Of a DNA stretch of 24,000 nucleotides, positions 22,258 through 24,000 are shown piece by piece. Within the stretch, counting starts at the first letter, position 1; every line of letters begins with the position of its first letter. A program made the position numbers and the translations under genes. The stretch covers positions 1 to 24,000 of the forward strand of contig CALXQE010000096.1 in assembly GCA_944390495.1 (NCBI GenBank). Direction: 5' to 3'. The notes beneath the pieces were generated by a model that saw nothing but the letters and a program-made list of their open reading frames with translations, did no database searches and was not told the origin of the DNA. Origin of the DNA: an uncultured Clostridia bacterium. Lineage in GTDB: Bacteria; Bacillota; Clostridia; UBA1381.

Positions 22258-22280
22258 GGTCAAAGAAAGTCAAAGTCAAA
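22258..22280 (+). promoter_or_regulatory. CtsR operator (heptad direct repeats)
   Basis: GGTCAAA-GAA-AGTCAAA exactly fits the (A/G)GTCAAAnan(A/G)GTCAAA consensus. A third GTCAAA follows directly, just downstream of the -10. Confidence 0.85.
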
Positions 22281-22293
22281 GAAGGTGATTGGT

Positions 22294-22740
22294 ATGGGAA
22301 TGAGTGACAGAATAGAAGCTTTTATAAATGAGCTTTTAAAGGACGATACGGAGGAATGGCTAAACCTAAAAAGAAATGAACTTGCTTCAATTTTTGGGTG
22401 TGCACCGTCACAGATAAATTACGTTATATCAACAAGATTTAATCCTGAAAGAGGATATATAGTTGAATCAAGACGTGGAGGCGGCGGATATGTTCGTATC
22501 AAGCAAATTAAACGTACCGATTCTTTAACCGAAACAATAAAAACAATAGGTGAGAGCATCGATGAGAGAAGTGCAAGAATTTATCTTGAAAACCTTGTTG
22601 TACAGGGAGTAATTGATAAAAAAACAGCGTCAATTATTTTCAGCGGAGTTTGTGACAATTCTCTCACGGTAATGCAGCCTTTAAAGGATAGATTAAGAGC
22701 AAATATATTAAAGAATATGCTTGCTAATGCGGCAATGTAA
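22294..22740 (+). CDS. ctsR: class III stress-gene transcriptional repressor CtsR
   Basis: MGMSDRIEAFINELLK...SQINYVISTRF...GYIVESRRGGGGYVRI is the conserved CtsR HTH plus glycine-rich loop. The track start at 22252 would place the operator inside the CDS. Confidence 0.9.
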   Translation: MGMSDRIEAFINELLKDDTEEWLNLKRNELASIFGCAPSQINYVISTRFNPERGYIVESRRGGGGYVRIKQIKRTDSLTETIKTIGESIDERSARIYLENLVVQGVIDKKTASIIFSGVCDNSLTVMQPLKDRLRANILKNMLANAAM

Positions 22741-22754
22741 GGAGGATGATTAAA

Positions 22755-23120
22755 ATGTATGATTTGTTTTCAGATTTTTTTGATGGATTTGATATGTTTA
22801 TGCAGCCTGTTACGGTAAAAGAGGAAAAGAAGTGCCCTATATGCGGTCATACTTATTCAGATTTTAGAAGAACGGGAAAATTAGGATGCAGCGAATGTTA
22901 TACAATATTTAAGGTGCCTGTTACACAGACACTTAGAAGTATTCATCCCGGAGTTGTCCATACAGGCAAGATACCGTCAAAATCAGGCGAAGAACTAAAG
23001 CTTAAACGTAAATATGAAATGCTAAAAGAAGAACTTGCAAAAGCAGTTAAAAATGAGGATTATGAAAAAGCAGCGAAGCTGCACAAACAGATAAGAGAGA
23101 TTGAGGGAGAGGTGAAGTAG
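22755..23120 (+). CDS. mcsA: McsA (UvrB/UvrC-motif, zinc-finger activator of McsB)
   Basis: The Cys pairs are CPICGHTY...GKLGCSECY, and the C-terminal UVR motif is EDYEKAAKLHKQIREIE. GGAGG lies 9 nt before ATG 22755. Confidence 0.85.
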   Translation: MYDLFSDFFDGFDMFMQPVTVKEEKKCPICGHTYSDFRRTGKLGCSECYTIFKVPVTQTLRSIHPGVVHTGKIPSKSGEELKLKRKYEMLKEELAKAVKNEDYEKAAKLHKQIREIEGEVK

Positions 23121-23122
23121 TC

Positions 23123-24000
23123 ATGATTTGGTATAAGAATAATGATTCGGATATAGTGGTTTCAACAAGAATACGTCTTGCAAGAAATCTTAATAAAACA
23201 CCATTTCCTAATGCTTTAAAAGATACCAAAGAGGTAACGGAAAAAATTAAAAATTCAATTTTATCCAGCAATTCAACTTTATCAAAGGATTTTGATTTTA
23301 TTAACCTTGATAAAACACCATATATCAGAAAAAAGCAAATGGCAGAGGAACATTTAATAAGCCCCGTAATGTGTGAGGGCAGTGGTAAATCTGTTATGAT
23401 AAGTAAAGATAAAACCATGAGTATAATGCTTATGGAGGAAGATCATATAAGACTTCAGATTATACAAAAGGGGTATGTTCTTGATGAGGCGTATTCATTG
23501 GCAAGTAAAGTAGATGACGTTATTGAGGAAAACGTAGAGTATGCCTTTGATAACGACTTTGGATACCTTACAGCCTGTCCTACAAATACTGGTACAGGTA
23601 TGAGGGCGTCGGTTATGATGCACCTTCCGGCACTTACAATGACGGAAAATATAAACAAAGTAATATCTTCAGCAGGAGGACTTGGTATAGAGGTAAGAGG
23701 ACTTTATGGTGAGGGTACTAAGGCATACGGTAATCTGTTTCAAATATCAAACAGAGTAACTCTCGGTATTTCTGAAGAGCAGTCACTTGACAGACTTAAA
23801 AATGTAGTAAATCAGATTGTTGATATGGAGAAAAAAGCAAGAGAACTTCTTGTGAAAAATAGCCGTTATGATGTTGAGGATAAACTTTTCCGTTCATACG
23901 GTATATTAAAGTATGCAAGGAGTATATCATCAAGTGAAGCTAAATCACTTTTGTCCGATGTAATGCTTGGACAGAATTTGGGAATAATCCCCAAAGAAGG
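23123..24000 (+). CDS. mcsB: protein arginine kinase McsB (5' part; the CDS runs off the window)
   Basis: MIWYKNNDSDIVVSTRIRLARNL... is followed by the guanidino-kinase active-site signature GYLTACPTNTGTGMRASVMMHLPAL. There is no stop before base 24000. Confidence 0.9.
   Translation, partial: MIWYKNNDSDIVVSTRIRLARNLNKTPFPNALKDTKEVTEKIKNSILSSNSTLSKDFDFINLDKTPYIRKKQMAEEHLISPVMCEGSGKSVMISKDKTMSIMLMEEDHIRLQIIQKGYVLDEAYSLASKVDDVIEENVEYAFDNDFGYLTACPTNTGTGMRASVMMHLPALTMTENINKVISSAGGLGIEVRGLYGEGTKAYGNLFQISNRVTLGISEEQSLDRLKNVVNQIVDMEKKARELLVKNSRYDVEDKLFRSYGILKYARSISSSEAKSLLSDVMLGQNLGIIPKE

Noticed and set aside
5364-22754. Longer N-terminal extensions given by the ORF track for licT (5364), PTS (6287), GH1 (8242), ROK kinase (9683), ctsR (22252) and mcsA (22746).
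   Set aside because: In each case a downstream ATG has a properly spaced Shine-Dalgarno sequence and yields the family-typical N-terminus. The extensions would overlap terminators, the preceding gene or the CtsR operator.
23047-23658. Minus-strand ORFs 23047-23418 and 23455-23658.
   Set aside because: They are antisense to mcsA and mcsB, both of which have diagnostic motifs.

Overview
This is a low-GC chromosome segment from an endospore-forming Firmicute, apparently Clostridia-like. All product calls come from reading motifs by eye; no database search was possible. The host backbone has four parts: the 3' end of an SLH-domain protein gene, dpaB (spoVFB), a split dpaA (spoVFA), and the ctsR-mcsA-mcsB stress operon with a textbook CtsR box. 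The main result is that the dipicolinate synthase A-subunit gene is cut into a 3' fragment (1119-1607, minus strand) and a 5' fragment (21696-22090, minus strand). The cut is made by a ~20.1 kb insertion bounded by a 17-bp imperfect direct repeat (1591-1607 and 21696-21712). Deleting one repeat copy plus the intervening DNA restores an in-frame 867-nt (288-codon) dpaA reading ...SIKNAVPTA|EGAIEIAISE.... The two inner arms together form a 48-bp near-palindromic attP-like site. A large serine recombinase gene (2768-4360) lies about 1.1 kb inside the left end, preceded by a tightly coupled 41-codon ORF. The architecture therefore matches the skin/SPbeta/vfbin class of sporulation intervening elements. 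No phage genes are recognisable in the cargo. It holds an IS3-family transposase remnant and a RAT-controlled beta-glucoside operon (licT-type antiterminator, PTS EIIBCA, GH1 6-phospho-beta-glucosidase, ROK kinase). It also holds a small putative DNA-binding protein gene with a palindromic operator, a MATE exporter and a MerR/GyrI-like regulator. The largest cargo gene encodes a 2608-aa SLH-anchored surface protein, sits behind a MerR-type 19-bp-spacer promoter and is built of Listeria-Bacteroides repeats. No tRNA, rRNA or CRISPR array was seen.
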